A stretch of DNA of 64,000 bases, taken from Haliotis rufescens. Lineage: Eukaryota. The notes beneath the pieces are model-generated. The model did not search any database, had not been told where the DNA came from, and worked only from the letters and a program-made list of their open reading frames with translations. Positions 13,501-24,958 of the stretch are shown here, in pieces (the first letter of the stretch is position 1; each line of letters starts with the position of its first letter). The DNA is taken from positions 21,576,001 to 21,640,000 of the forward strand of contig NW_025964372.1 in NCBI RefSeq assembly GCF_023055435.1, written 5' to 3'. The position numbers were made by a program, and so were the translations under genes.

Positions 13501-13948
13501 ATACTCCAAAACTGTGAGGGCATTAATTCGCAAACGGGTTGAAAATAGAATGTATAGACGCAAATTATATATTCTTTTGCAAATTATCAATTAGCCTATT
13601 TGTGTAACGACAGTGATGTGCGGTAGTTCTGAAGGGAGCCTAATGGAGTTTTGCCCATCTTATCTTTACTATAAAGTATTATGTGGGATAAGAAAGAAAT
13701 TTAATTTACTTATCTCGAGCCAATATACACCTAAGAATTTATAATTTTAAAAAACTAAACGCCTCAGTATTCTAGCATCTAATATGAATGAATGGAATTG
13801 CAGTCTTCCTCGGCTATCGATGCGTCCACTGGGATTATTTCGGTTAATGAATTAAAATCGTTACCTTATACATATCAAAAACACCATGTTCTTCTGCATA
13901 TGTGGCAAAAGCAGGAGGAATCAGGAGCGGTCTCTTAGTCTGGTCCAT
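4544..13948 (-). CDS. AK8: Adenylate kinase 8 (two AK domains), 10 coding exons, 479 aa
   Basis: Exons (-): 13948-13865, 13456-13372, 12225-12062, 11672-11522, 10891-10820, 10454-10254, 8070-7939, 7013-6924, 5973-5832, 4862-4544. All introns are GT-AG, total 1440 nt in frame. N-terminus [43 protein letters not shown]; two P-loops (GPPASGK, GPTGSGK); two GWVxxGxPQTREQA motifs; C-terminus [13 protein letters not shown]. Confidence 0.95.
4988..5082. mobile_element. Small MITE (GGGCCCCGTTCCACA...TGTGGAACAAGACCC), PIF/Harbinger-like; relatives near 44117-44160, 46110-46220 and 59838-59946
   Basis: Imperfect terminal inverted repeats and a shared CGATCGTAGCGCT / CTTACGA core in several copies. Confidence 0.5.
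5249..5262. promoter_or_regulatory. RFX X-box (GTTACCATGGCAAC) in the last AK8 intron
   Basis: Exact match to the X-box consensus GTNRCCATGGYAAC, in a motile-cilia gene. Confidence 0.4.
5338..5500 (+). mobile_element. tRNA-derived short SINE, family A (about 165 bp)
   Basis: A-box GTAGCCTAGTGG, B-box GGTTCGATTCC, tail GATATTGCTGGAATATTGCTAAAAGCG. Many dispersed copies in the window. Confidence 0.85.
7128..7425 (-). mobile_element. SINE family C (Meta/RUDI-like), diverged copy
   Basis: Reverse complement of the family C consensus (tRNA head, AAAACAAGGACTGGTCGGCTC core, CATTTCACCTCAC tail). Confidence 0.75.
7540..7875 (-). mobile_element. SINE family C (Meta/RUDI-like)
   Basis: Reverse-complement match to the copies at 19865-20205 and 42025-42370. 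Confidence 0.8.
8175..8430 (+). mobile_element. SINE family B (GAAGATCCGGGGTAGAATAGGTCTTCAG head, AAAC tail)
   Basis: Matches copies at 28205-28455, 35788-36035, 53870-54115 and elsewhere. Confidence 0.8.
9040..9302. mobile_element. MITE with AGGGACC(G/A)GT terminal inverted repeats (Harbinger-like)
   Basis: taAGGGACCGGTCATTTAT...ATAAATAACTGGTCCCTaa. Confidence 0.5.
9472..9778 (-). mobile_element. Helentron-associated (HINE-like) non-autonomous element
   Basis: The minus strand starts TTATTAATCCCTGCC...GAAGGGGGATATAG and contains TTCACCAAACTTTGCAC, typical of mollusc HINE elements. Assigned by pattern recognition only. Confidence 0.4.
10896..10963. repeat. 20-bp tandem repeat (ACAAGGCAACATTCATCACA) x3 at the AK8 exon 5 acceptor
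   Basis: Directly visible. Confidence 0.85.
12672..13177. mobile_element. MITE with about 90-bp TIRs (CAATCTCATTAAAATCAGATCT...) and a 9-bp TSD, Mutator-like, inserted in a family D SINE
   Basis: TIRs at both ends. TSD ATCACGGCG (12663-12671) / ATCATGGCG (13178-13186). Further copies at about 33999-34565 and 47530-47725 (truncated). Confidence 0.85.
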
Positions 13949-14170
13949 CTTTGTTATTGTTTACCGAGAGAAATGAATGATGCCGATAACGATGTTTCCG
14001 GCGTGTTTGGAAAGGTTGCTATGCAAAACCGAAACAAAAATGAAAGCATCATCCCGATTGGCTCATACTATAATCTACTCTATAGAAGGGATAATTTCAT
14101 TGGCGAAATTCTTACCAAGGGGAAGTAACTTTATTGTTTACGTCTCGTACTTCCGGTTAATGACAAACAC
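13949..14170 (-). promoter_or_regulatory. AK8 proximal promoter
   Basis: Directly upstream of the ATG: X-box-like GTTGCTATGCAAAAC (about 14015), two ATTGG/CCAAT boxes (about 14058 and 14099) and an ETS-like ACTTCCGG (about 14149). Confidence 0.45.
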
Positions 14171-14511
14171 GTGTTATCTTTGAGACTGATACAGCCCGGC
14201 TCCCTGACGAAAGTGACTACTTTCAAAACATTTTATGTGGTTTTGTACCAGAAAATGAATATAATATCATGTAGGCCTGCCTTTATAGCTCTGAATTATA
14301 GAGTGTGTTTGTTTCTTCTTCACAATACTTCTTAAATTGCGATCATGCTTTTTCTCCACAAAATCAAATAGAACAATAAGCATAAATATATGAAGGACTT
14401 AGAATCTTGGTCAGTACTAAGGGACTGGTAATTCATTAAAATTCAAAATAACCTATTTTTCTTTATTATGTCCATTTTTTCACGACCATCCCCAAATATG
14501 TGTATTAATTA

Positions 14512-14693
14512 TAGGGCGTCCTTATTCGTTTTTGTGTTAATCATGTCCCCCCGCCTGCAAATGTCCCTCAAGCCGAAAGAAAAATAATAATCCTGAAATA
14601 TCCCCCCTCCATCTGTTTTTGCTTCTTCTTTCGGCAGGAGGGAAATTTGCAGGCTGCGGGAGATGAGACACAAAAATAAGTAAGGACGCCCTT
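14512..14693. mobile_element. MITE with AGGGCGTCCTTA terminal inverted repeats
   Basis: AGGGCGTCCTTATTCGTTTTTGTGT...ACACAAAAATAAGTAAGGACGCCCT, plus an inner CCTGCAAAT/ATTTGCAGG inverted pair. Confidence 0.65.
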
Positions 14694-17600
14694 AAATTCA
14701 TAATGTGTTTAAAATTCGGGTTTTCGGGATCAGCCTACTCTCAATAGTCGACCATACATACGTATAAATTGTCAATCATTGGGCATAGATCGTGAAAACC
14801 TTTAATAGGTATTCTGCAATAAGTAACTTTTTTACTTTTCCCTCCGAGAAAATCTTGGAGATGAGAAATACAAAAATAAGCTTGCCCTTGCTGTTACTTG
14901 CTGCATGGCTTTAAATCAGTAAATCCTAAAGTGTACGTTATGTCGGCACTTTTTTGTTATTACAAACAATATATTGTGACGTCAAAATTTGTATCTAACG
15001 TGACATTGGTTCAAAATGTTTTGGGGTAAATTGGTAACTATGATATATTCACTCTGCTACAATGATATTCTGAAAGACTGATCATATTTGCAACAAGGCA
15101 TCAGACGCTCAGGATATGTCCGGTTGGTCTGTTTGTGTGACATAAAATGACGTCGCGTGATGCCAATAGAAGTAGATTAATAACGAACAATGAATCAAGA
15201 TAGAAGTCAACACGTGACGATTATATAAACGTCCTTGAAAGATTATCTCGCCAGCGCGGCGTGTTGTGAAGGCGACAAGCCGTGCCGCGCCGCGCCATCA
15301 ATGCAGGTAATGGTCTAAGGGAGATAATCGTGTAATGTGATGTTAATAATAAATAAGAGTAAAGTCCCTTGTATTAGCTCCATACAGTGTTTTAACTTAT
15401 ACTCCCGTCACCGTGTGGAATGTTCTGAGTTTACCAAGTAAACTGGTTACATTGTTGCTACGCGCCGCAAGTTTAGCTCTTTGGGCCAGAGAGGAGCACA
15501 GTCTACCAAGCCGAATTACTTCCCTTTGACCACAAACTGTCAAGCTCCTTCCCAGCGCGTGACACCTTCGTTACACTCTCGGTAACATCGCTGCCACCAG
15601 TGTGGGCGCGGCCATTTCAAGAATCTTGAAATTTGCCCTCCAACCCCATATGTAGTAATGTTTATACTTTTGTTTATGTCTTTGGGAAGGCCATCATATT
15701 TCAATTTGAAAAGGTTTACGACTGACCATATTTTCCAAATGAATTTACTTTGTTGTTTTCGTAATCAGATTGGTTCGAGATTGCAGACTAACGGAAAATC
15801 AACCAATTTCTCCCTTACATTCTTACTATATCAATAACACGATAGTTTTAATGAAACAGAAATTCAAAATGACAAACGAAGAAAGTATTTTAGCAGCGAT
15901 AAGTGTATTCGGCGTCACGACAGTCGTCACTTGTTTGTAAACAAAACGGTCATTCGGTTGCGAGTTCAACTCCAAGCATGGTTGTGGCCACCTATTCACA
16001 GTGGGGAGTTTTGACTGGTGGCAGCGATAGTATAGAGAGCTCCGGGAACGTACTATCGCTGTGAGGAGCATGACAAACTGTACCGCATGGAATATTAAAT
16101 CAACTGAATTGTCTCCCTTTGACCATACCGGGAGCAGGTCAAAACGGCTTTTATGACTTTTTTTTGTGGCCGATTTGACTACTACTCCCCATGACAAAAA
16201 TTGCCTAACGTCGCAGATTTGTAGACCTAGATCAGGTCCATTTGTCTATTTAATAAATAAAATACAAACATAATTTAGGTAACTATTTCGATCTAAACCT
16301 GCGTAGGAAGTTATTTTCCTTGTTCGTAAATGTACAATATCGCAGCTGGTTCCATTTTGCCCGAGACTGCATGTCAGAAGATACATATTTCTTTCAAAAT
16401 TAAAGTGATTTGAGAACTAATTTGAACCTGTGTTTTATGACTTGAAATAGGTCAATGGTAAGAATGTTTTTAATTACACTATGACTTGATGGTGATGGTT
16501 TCTTTTATCTTTTATTTCTTTTTTCTTTATCTACTGTGGTTTTCTCTCAGATTCCTTCCACAATGTGTTTAAATTTCATTTTTCGGGTAACTTGCCCTCA
16601 ATAGTTGTTTACAAGACATAAGTATAAATTGTCAAATATATTTGGTATAGATTGTCAAAGCCTTGAATAAGTATTCTGCAAAATGCAAACTTTTTTTCCG
16701 TATATTAATTTTTGACAGTGAATAAATATACTTGTCAGGGACACGGAATTCAAAACAACGTTCACTTGTCCAAGGGAAAGTAAAATGTTAAAATATTCTT
16801 TTACAAGTCTCCTGTTTCATTTGTAGTCAAACCCGTTAATGTGGGTTTTATCATGAAGTATCAGTTGCTTTCCTTATCACACACCATAATGTTTTTCCTA
16901 CAACCAGCACCCCTGTAATATCAAAATCAACATGTTAAGTAAGAAGCTACTAATGACACAAATAGCAACATTCTTAAACTTAAGGCTTATAACATTTCTA
17001 CTTGTCCCGCACCTAAGCATACATAGATAGACAAGTTTGCCATTGTATTTCAACACCCTACTTATTTCACTGTGATATATAACAAGCGGTTTGTGGAAAT
17101 GTAACTGTGAGGGTGGTATTGAGTGTGAGAGTTTGGTTTATTCACTTTCAAAAGAGTTTCATCACAGCATGTAAGCTTGACATGGGAGGAAATCCCTAAG
17201 TGATGCTGGCGCAAATTTACCAGTTTGATGAAACTTATGAACATAACCATGGCGACTCTGGAATTCCAATTCATGATTCTAGGTTCCTGGCACAGCTAAG
17301 GGACATAACTCTGAACAGGGAAATCCTTTTGTACGACAGCGACAAATCTCTCCAGGAAAAGAAAATATGCTTATATATTTTTGTAACAAATTTATTTCTG
17401 AAGTTCAACAAATGATAAAAATCCATAATATTAATCACACAAACCTGGTATACTGGACCGTGAAAATACATACTCAAATAATTTGAGTGAGTGAATGTTG
17501 TTTAACACTGCAGTCAGCATTTTTCCAGCTATACTCGGAGCAGCCTGTACTAATCACGTTGGGACCAGATAAACCAGTGACTGAAAGCAAGAGCAACAAT

Positions 17601-18555
17601 CCATGAGGGCAAGACGACACACGGTCAGCTGACTGACCATGCTGGTCACCCCATCCTCTGTTGTCGACTCTGAAAACCAGCTTATGATGCCAGTGACAAA
17701 ATCCCACGACAGTCATTCAAAACAATTTATCCATTTTTAATGTACACAGCTACAAAATAAATGGATGACTTAATATTTAAAATGTGTTGTATAATTCATC
17801 AACTGTAAGAATTGTAGTAGGGCTGGGACGGGTAACTCAGAAGGTTACACTACAAGTGAATAATGTCCACATTTCTTTCTGACTCTGCTCTCATTCCTTC
17901 TGACTTTCATTTGTTTGAAAAGAAGATAAAGTTTCAGTCATCTTTTGTGTGTGCATGATCAGGTCAGTTTATATGTGTATCTAAATACATTTTGCCAAGG
18001 CTACGGTCAACTGTTCCCAGCCCTAAACGCCAGAGATGGTCAGTGTGTGGCTAATTCAAACAAGCTAAATGATACCCCTAATAAAGAAAACTATTGTGTT
18101 GTCAATTTCACAGTAATGGTTCACTTGACCAGGGATTCTTAAAAGCATTATTTTATTTTTTTTAGCTTCTTTTTCATGCTCTTTAATTTAATAGTCACAG
18201 ACTGCATTCAATGAAGTAATGTAAAGGTAATCCTAAAGCCTCTTACTCCTTACTGATCTGGTATCAGTACAAATACAAGCTACCCCGGCAATCTGTAACA
18301 TTTCTTGTAATCATTAGGATCGTAACAACCTGCCTTGGGAAAATTCAATTTGGGAATTGAAACCAATATTTGCTGTTGACCTGGGTCTGAATGTTGGTCT
18401 CTGAAAGCAGCTTGACCAATCCCTCTTGACCAATAAGTATTCACAGCAATCTTAAGGCGACTGTAATTCTCATGTATTGGTCAGTTTTATACCAAGAAGC
18501 TACTATTCAAACACTGGTAACTATTACAGTTAAGTTTATCATTTGTACCTCAATA

Positions 18556-18840
18556 GTGAGTGTGTGAGTGAGTTGGGCTTAACGCCCCTTTTAACAGTAT
18601 TCCAGTTATATCATGGTGTTGCAGCTTAATGTGTGAGGAAAGCCCGAAGTGACGCAGGTCTCAGGCGTTTACCACTTCAGTGAAACCCACGAGCACGGGT
18701 ATGGTGCTGACAAACCTAGAAACATAATCGGGGCGAACCGGGATTCGAACACACAATCATAGGTTTCTGGCGTGCCAAAGGGACGCAACTCTGCACAGCG
18801 AATCGCGATGCCCTAGACGACTGGGCCACCCGTGCCCCCT
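18556..18840 (-). mobile_element. SINE family D (tRNA head with long arm, V-domain-like TTTCCTCCCACA)
   Basis: Full-length copy flanked by the TSD TACCTCAATA. Confidence 0.85.
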
Positions 18841-19198
18841 ATACCTCAATACTTTAAGGAGGGTGAATGCGTCAATAACAAATTATATGTGCATGTTTTG
18901 AGTTTTATGCAGTCCTACCCTTGGTACAACTTCCATAAATGATAGTGGGATTCTAAGAAATAACAAAGTAAAAGGAAAAGAAAAGCTATGAGGCATAATG
19001 CATCATGCATGCTTGGCGTATCATATACAGTGTTCTGCTGTAAATAGGAAATCACCTAATGTTCAGACTTATCCATTAATTGAAATTCTTCAAATGTTCG
19101 GCTGGTTGGAGAACAAGTTGTGGCCTGGCATGCCACAACAATGAATGCATGTCAATAGTCTCCAGTATTCTATCACATAGGAAGAGTTGACTGTTTTA

Positions 19199-22100
19199 TC
19201 ACTTAGTGACAGTGCCTGCCCCAGTCTTTATCAAGGGAACAGGTGCAGGCTCTAAATTCAGCTCCTTTCGAAATTCATCCAAATCTTTTTCAAAGTGTTT
19301 TTCAAAATACACAGACATCAGGAACTTGGAATTGTTGGCACTCCTTAACACCCAGGGCAGGTAAATGCTCAGGTACTTTTGTCGATGTCTGAAATTGCAA
19401 AGGTGAATTTTATTTATCAGAAATCAAACGGCTATAGTCACCATTATCAGTAGGTGAAGGTTCCCCACACAACAGTAATCAGTGGGAACTGCTCTTCTAA
19501 GAAATTATTACCAGCACCCAGTTTATATGAGTGAGTGAGTCGGTCTTACACTGCTTTTAGCGATATTCAAGCGCTTTCACTGTGGGACCACCAGAAAGGG
19601 GAATCAAACCCGGGTCTTTTGGTGTGACGAGTGGATGCTTTAACCACAAGGCTACTCCACTGCCCCCATATACTTCATGAGTCGGCATGATCACACAGAT
19701 GAATAATCCAGTCTTTATTTAGCCACTTGTCAAAGCCTGAGTAAATAGTAAATAGTCAGATCAAAATAGCACATATGTATTAAAACGTAGAGCTATTAAT
19801 ACATCATAATTGGATGAGTTCGGCAAACAGACTCAAATGGTACCAGTTATATTCATGTTCAGTAGACCACCTCTGTGGTCTAGTGGTAGAGCGTCCGCCC
19901 CAAGAGAAGATTGGGGGTTTGATCGCCGGCCGTGTCATACCAAAAGACATAAAAGATAGTACTTGCTGTTACCCTGCCTGGCGCTCAGGAATATGAGGCT
20001 ACAACAAGGACTGGTCAGCTTGGAGTCGGTATACTGTGTCTGAGTGGGGTATTCATGTTAAACTGTGGCATGGTATCTCAGTGGGCTAGCACATTAAAAT
20101 CAGGATCAGTCTAACTAGTACAAGCAGCCAAACACACACGTGCACGCACAGCACTATATAAGTGCAATAATCTTGAATGCGATGGTAAACCCCATTTCAC
20201 TTCACCACATTCAAGTAGTGTCAATGTAGCTCATTTCTACAACACGATCATTGTACATACTTTGGCCCAAGCCGGACAGGTCCCACCAGGGCCCCAACAG
20301 CACACATCGGTAGTCCGGTCTGGATGGCCTCAAACCACTTGACCACAACCTCCCCTAGCATGTTGGGGGGCATCCCCAGCAGCGTGTGCATCAGGTCATG
20401 CAGCTGTCGATACCGCAACATCACATACATCAGGTCGCGGTCATCCACGAAGTTGACAGGTCGCCGTGCATCAGGAGAGAACCCCTGCAATAAAAACAAC
20501 CTCCTGTGGGAAATTCTCCGACTCCAAATAAAGATAGATAAACGTTGTTTCTATATCCCTTCAACAATATTCAAGCTTGATCTGATCCTTTAAATAGAAT
20601 TAGTCTGCAACTTTAGCCACCAGTCCAAATCCCTAGTCCAAAAAACTATGTTTGGTCTAGTCATGTCATATTCGTAGTTCCTATTAAAATGCTAAAATCT
20701 ACTGAAGATTATACAAAGTTCGACCTAGCGGACTAGAATGTTTTTGGCACAGATTGGTATGAATATTAATACAATGGATCACATTCAGCCACATTATCAA
20801 GGGGTCCTTGTCTAGGTTGCTCCAACAACAGACATTGGGTACTCAGGATCTATTCCAACCCCATATATCAACGAAGATGTTCAACTTACAAACGGTTAGG
20901 GTTTAGTGATGTGTTCAAGATTATTGCACTATATAGCAAAGTGTGCATGCATGTTGCCGTTTGTACTACCGGTAGTCCTTACTGATGCCAGTTTTACAGT
21001 GCTAGCCTATGCCGAAGTGCTCAGTGCTGAGATACCATGCCAAAGTTTAACATTGATACTCTACTCACATTGCAAACACTATCATGACAAATACGCAAAC
21101 ACATAGAATACATACTAATAAAGATTTTTTGCCCAAATATTCAGATTGGTAGGTCGCAAAATATGCAACAAAAAATCCAATTTCAAATAAACTTTTTGCA
21201 ATTTCCTCGAAATGTTTAGGAAATATTTCAAACATCGTTCCACCTAGTCAGGGTATAATGACACACAATCAACCAAGTCACTGAGTCTTATCACCCAATC
21301 CATTTGGCTGCCTCCTACAACCAGCATAGGTTGGAGCAGACCAATTCTAACTTGGAATCCGGGTAAGGTGAAATGTGGTTCAACGTCGCATCCAAGATTT
21401 TTGGAATAATATATAATATAGCGACGTGTATGCATGTGTGTGTCTGCTGCTTTTACTAGTCCGGACTGATGCCTATTTCATAGCGCTAGCGCACTGAGAT
21501 ACCATGCCGCAGTTTAACATGAATACCCCACTCAGACAAAGAATACCGACTTGAGCCGACAAGTCCTTGTTTTAGCCCCTTTATGCCGAGCTCCAGGCAG
21601 GGTAACAACAAGTCCTATCTTTTAACATCTGTTGGTATGAGACAGTTGGGGATCGAACCCCTGACCCTCCCTTCTCCAGACTGACGCTCTATCCACTGGA
21701 CCAAGGAGGTGGTCTAATCTTCCACACGTCAAAATTATCATTAATTATATTGATTATGCTAGTTTATTTCTGCTTAAGGATTAACTTGTAAAAGCTATCT
21801 TCCCAACAAATAATAAATGTTCTCTTTATATCACTAATGCTTATCAGTCACTTACATTTTTATCTAGGAATCTCCAATAGGCCTTTCCAAATGTATTGTC
21901 TGGGAGACTCTTTAAGTAGGGCACTGAAATTGTCTCTGTTGTTATCAGGGGTTCTTCTCTGAAAATAGAAGGAATGGCGTCACCTGATTTCTGACCTGTG
22001 CTATGCACTTTATCATGTCATGTGAGTTCGTCCATTGTGTCACACAATAGGAATCAAGGGAATGCTTGACGTCCATGAACCAAACATCAGACATAAGCTG

Positions 22101-24734
22101 AACTACGTGTTTGGATACTGTCCTCAATAAGACTGACCAAACTACCTGGCTCTAAAATTTGTCACTTAAAGATTTCTCTTCAAACTCATTTTTGGCAGAA
22201 TTTGAATTTCATTGAAATATTTTTAACATTTGAAGATACTATCATCCAGTTCCCCAGACCAGTTTTAGTCATAATGATGACACCCCTCCATCCCCTGACC
22301 AATTTACCAATTTGAACTAAAACTTGTCTTTTATAAGCATTATAGCTAAAATGGATGGAATTATCATTAAACCGCCTGCATGTTATCAGAAATGAGCGGG
22401 GGCACTGTAACTTGATAATGCCCTCATATTGCTTGATGACAGGACATTATCCACCCGTTGTTAGGTGACGTCATAGGATAGGGATAGGTGACTTCACGTT
22501 CAATAGTGACGTCATCATGGTCATCTGGTTTGTTCTATGACGTTTCCATATTTGTAAAACTGGGTCAGTGATATTCGTGTTAATTGCATTAAATGTTTCA
22601 AAACCGATATTGTTGTTTCTTTTTATTTGATAACAAATTCCATCCATTTTAGCTATAATACCAGTAACGCTATTTTTCAGGGCATTATCATTTGCAGAAG
22701 CCCTCGGTCTTTTCAACTGCCCTCCTTCGTCGGGCAGTTAATGGAAGACCTCAGGCTTCTGCAAATGATAATGCCCTGAAAAATAGCGTTACCCCTATAA
22801 TGATAAAGGACTATCTAAATATCAAATTTGGTAAAGTCTATCAATATACTTTGTAGTTATGATCCAGAAACTGAATCTTTACTGATCACATTCTATTTGA
22901 TAGATGTAGCTTATGAGGGGCTGCTTTATTTGTCAGAGTTATCATGGTTAGCGTCTAGAAACTTAAATGTGATGTCAAGATAATAATGATCTATCTAGAT
23001 TACCACATTGTGTTTGTACTCACTCCAGAATCTGCCTACCAACAGGGTCAGCCAGCATCTTCTGTCTCATGTAGCGCAGAGCTATGGGGCCTGTTGTCTC
23101 ACCCAAAGCACATATCATGTCTGCAAGCACATCAGAACATACATGTTTCGTTTTCTAGAAATTTAAATGTTATTCGTGTACATAATGTAAAATAATGCTT
23201 GAAGAACTCTCACATTTCACTTTCAAAACCCTTTTTTAGCGACATGTGTGTCTAATTAACAAGTTAGACTTGTTGCCTTTTCAAGCATTATTCACAGCAG
23301 TAGACTAGTTCATGCATGTGTGATGCCTACAACTGATCAGTAAATAAAGATCTGTGAAGAAATATTTGGCAGGGTTGTCATACTTTGAATTTTATTAATT
23401 TTTCATGCAAATTTATTAGCAACTCAATTTAATCGGGTAATGCTGACTTATTTTGCCTAATTTATGCATATACACAGCTGAGTGGAGCTCTGGCTACATA
23501 ATAGCAGGCTGTAAAATTAGGAGTCTACGCCAGGCATGTGGTTGATCACATGATCACTGATCATGGTAGGATGACCCAGAATCAGCATGATTAGCCACGT
23601 TACACATTTGACTAACCCAACATTACACATAAGTTGACTTTACTGTTGTTTGTTTGCAACAGTATTATAGATATACCATGGCAGCATATAAACGTGATAA
23701 ATAATTGAGTCAGGGCCAGACAAACCAGTGACTGATATTATGTAAAGTGATTCACTCTGGCCAGGGTATGATGACACGCAATTAACCAAATCTGTACTCC
23801 CCATTCATTAAGTCTCCTCATACTACAAGCATAGGTTGCTGGTGATTCTAACCCAGAGTCTCCAAAAATTTTACTTTAAGGACAGGCATGAGGTACTGGA
23901 TGAAAGCTCCTATGTGATTTACATGACGGCAAAAATTGTTGTTCATATCAATCACTGGACTGGATGGTCCAGATTTGATTATTTACTACCATCATAAAGC
24001 TGGAAAAGTGCTGATTGCAGCAGTAAACGTGGTAAACAACAGACAAAAAAATTATAAATAATTATAGATGATGGGCGACTCGGCAAACACTTGGCCTATC
24101 TAAAATATAATCTATACAAAACTTTTATTATTGATATCAAAAGCCTGATATTTCATACCATCTCTGGCAGGATTGATGATGCACATAGCTGCAGAACCCA
24201 CTGCAAGTACAGCTTTCTGAAAGAGTGAAGTTGGGATATGACCAGGGTAGAGGTCATCATAGTGAAGTTGTCTCCCCTTGTCTTCATAACTATCGTCTGT
24301 TTGCCTGTCCTCATCCAAGTTTTCTGGTGGTTACAAAATATATGGTTCATATCATTCTCAAAACAATCCAGCAACGCTTTTGAAATAGAACTCAGTTAAA
24401 TGAAATGAAATACCAAGGACTAAGATTATTGAAAGATTATTGTACTTCTTGTAAATCTACCCCAATCTGGATTTGATTAAAAAGTGAGGCCAGGATCTCT
24501 GAAGTGAAGGGTACCGCAAAATTTGCGCGAAAACTGAGGCACTCGCATCACATGCTACAATTTCTCGTCATTATTAATGACATAGCACATTTTACCAGTA
24601 GAATATGTTGCTTTTAAACGTCGTATTATGACTTGTGATTGCTGACAGAAAATATTCTTTTGCATTCGCCTCTGACACATATATTTGGAATATGTCAAAT
24701 TGACAAGTGGTCGAAATCGCCAACAAGACGCCAT
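19199..24734 (-). CDS. COQ4: Ubiquinone biosynthesis protein COQ4, mitochondrial; 6 coding exons, 305 aa
   Basis: Exons (-): 24734-24596, 24323-24159, 23120-23024, 21958-21856, 20484-20261, 19388-19199. GT-AG introns, 918 nt in frame. Motifs [25 protein letters not shown] and [29 protein letters not shown] (HDxxH-x11-E). Basic mitochondrial presequence. Confidence 0.95.
19865..20205 (+). mobile_element. SINE family C (Meta/RUDI-like)
   Basis: tRNA-like head GGTCTAGTGGTAGAGCG, core GGACTGGTCAGCTTGGAGTC, tail CCCATTTCACTTCAC. Confidence 0.8.
21365..21715 (-). mobile_element. SINE family C (Meta/RUDI-like)
   Basis: Full-length reverse-complement copy. Confidence 0.8.
22339..22801. mobile_element. 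Non-autonomous element with split inverted repeats (A...A'-B...B')
   Basis: 24-bp A (22339-22362) is inverted at 22636-22659. A perfect 39-bp stem pairs 22664-22702 with 22754-22792. Confidence 0.6.
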
Positions 24735-24958
24735 TTTGAAATACTTGTACTACTTGGTAAACAACTAGTTACACATGTTTTCAACAAACATTGAAAGACA
24801 CATCCACGTAAAGTATATTAGAATAATGAACATATTGTTTCTGATTATACTCAGATTGTTTATTTATTCATGTATTAATGATAGTGAAACAATACTTGGA
24901 GTTTTTAAAATTTATTTGGTTAGTCATTTTAAAGAAATAGTTTAAACTTGATAGTACA
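24735..24958. promoter_or_regulatory. Bidirectional promoter between COQ4 and DNLZ
   Basis: Divergent ATGs about 225 bp apart. A YY1-like GCCATTTT overlaps the COQ4 start, and an NRF1-like palindrome TACGCATGCGTA lies at about 24969-24980. Confidence 0.6.

Noticed and set aside
17200-17415. Possible exon or ORF between AK8 and COQ4
   Set aside because: No recognisable homology or consistent splice sites; it may be UTR or old repeat sequence.
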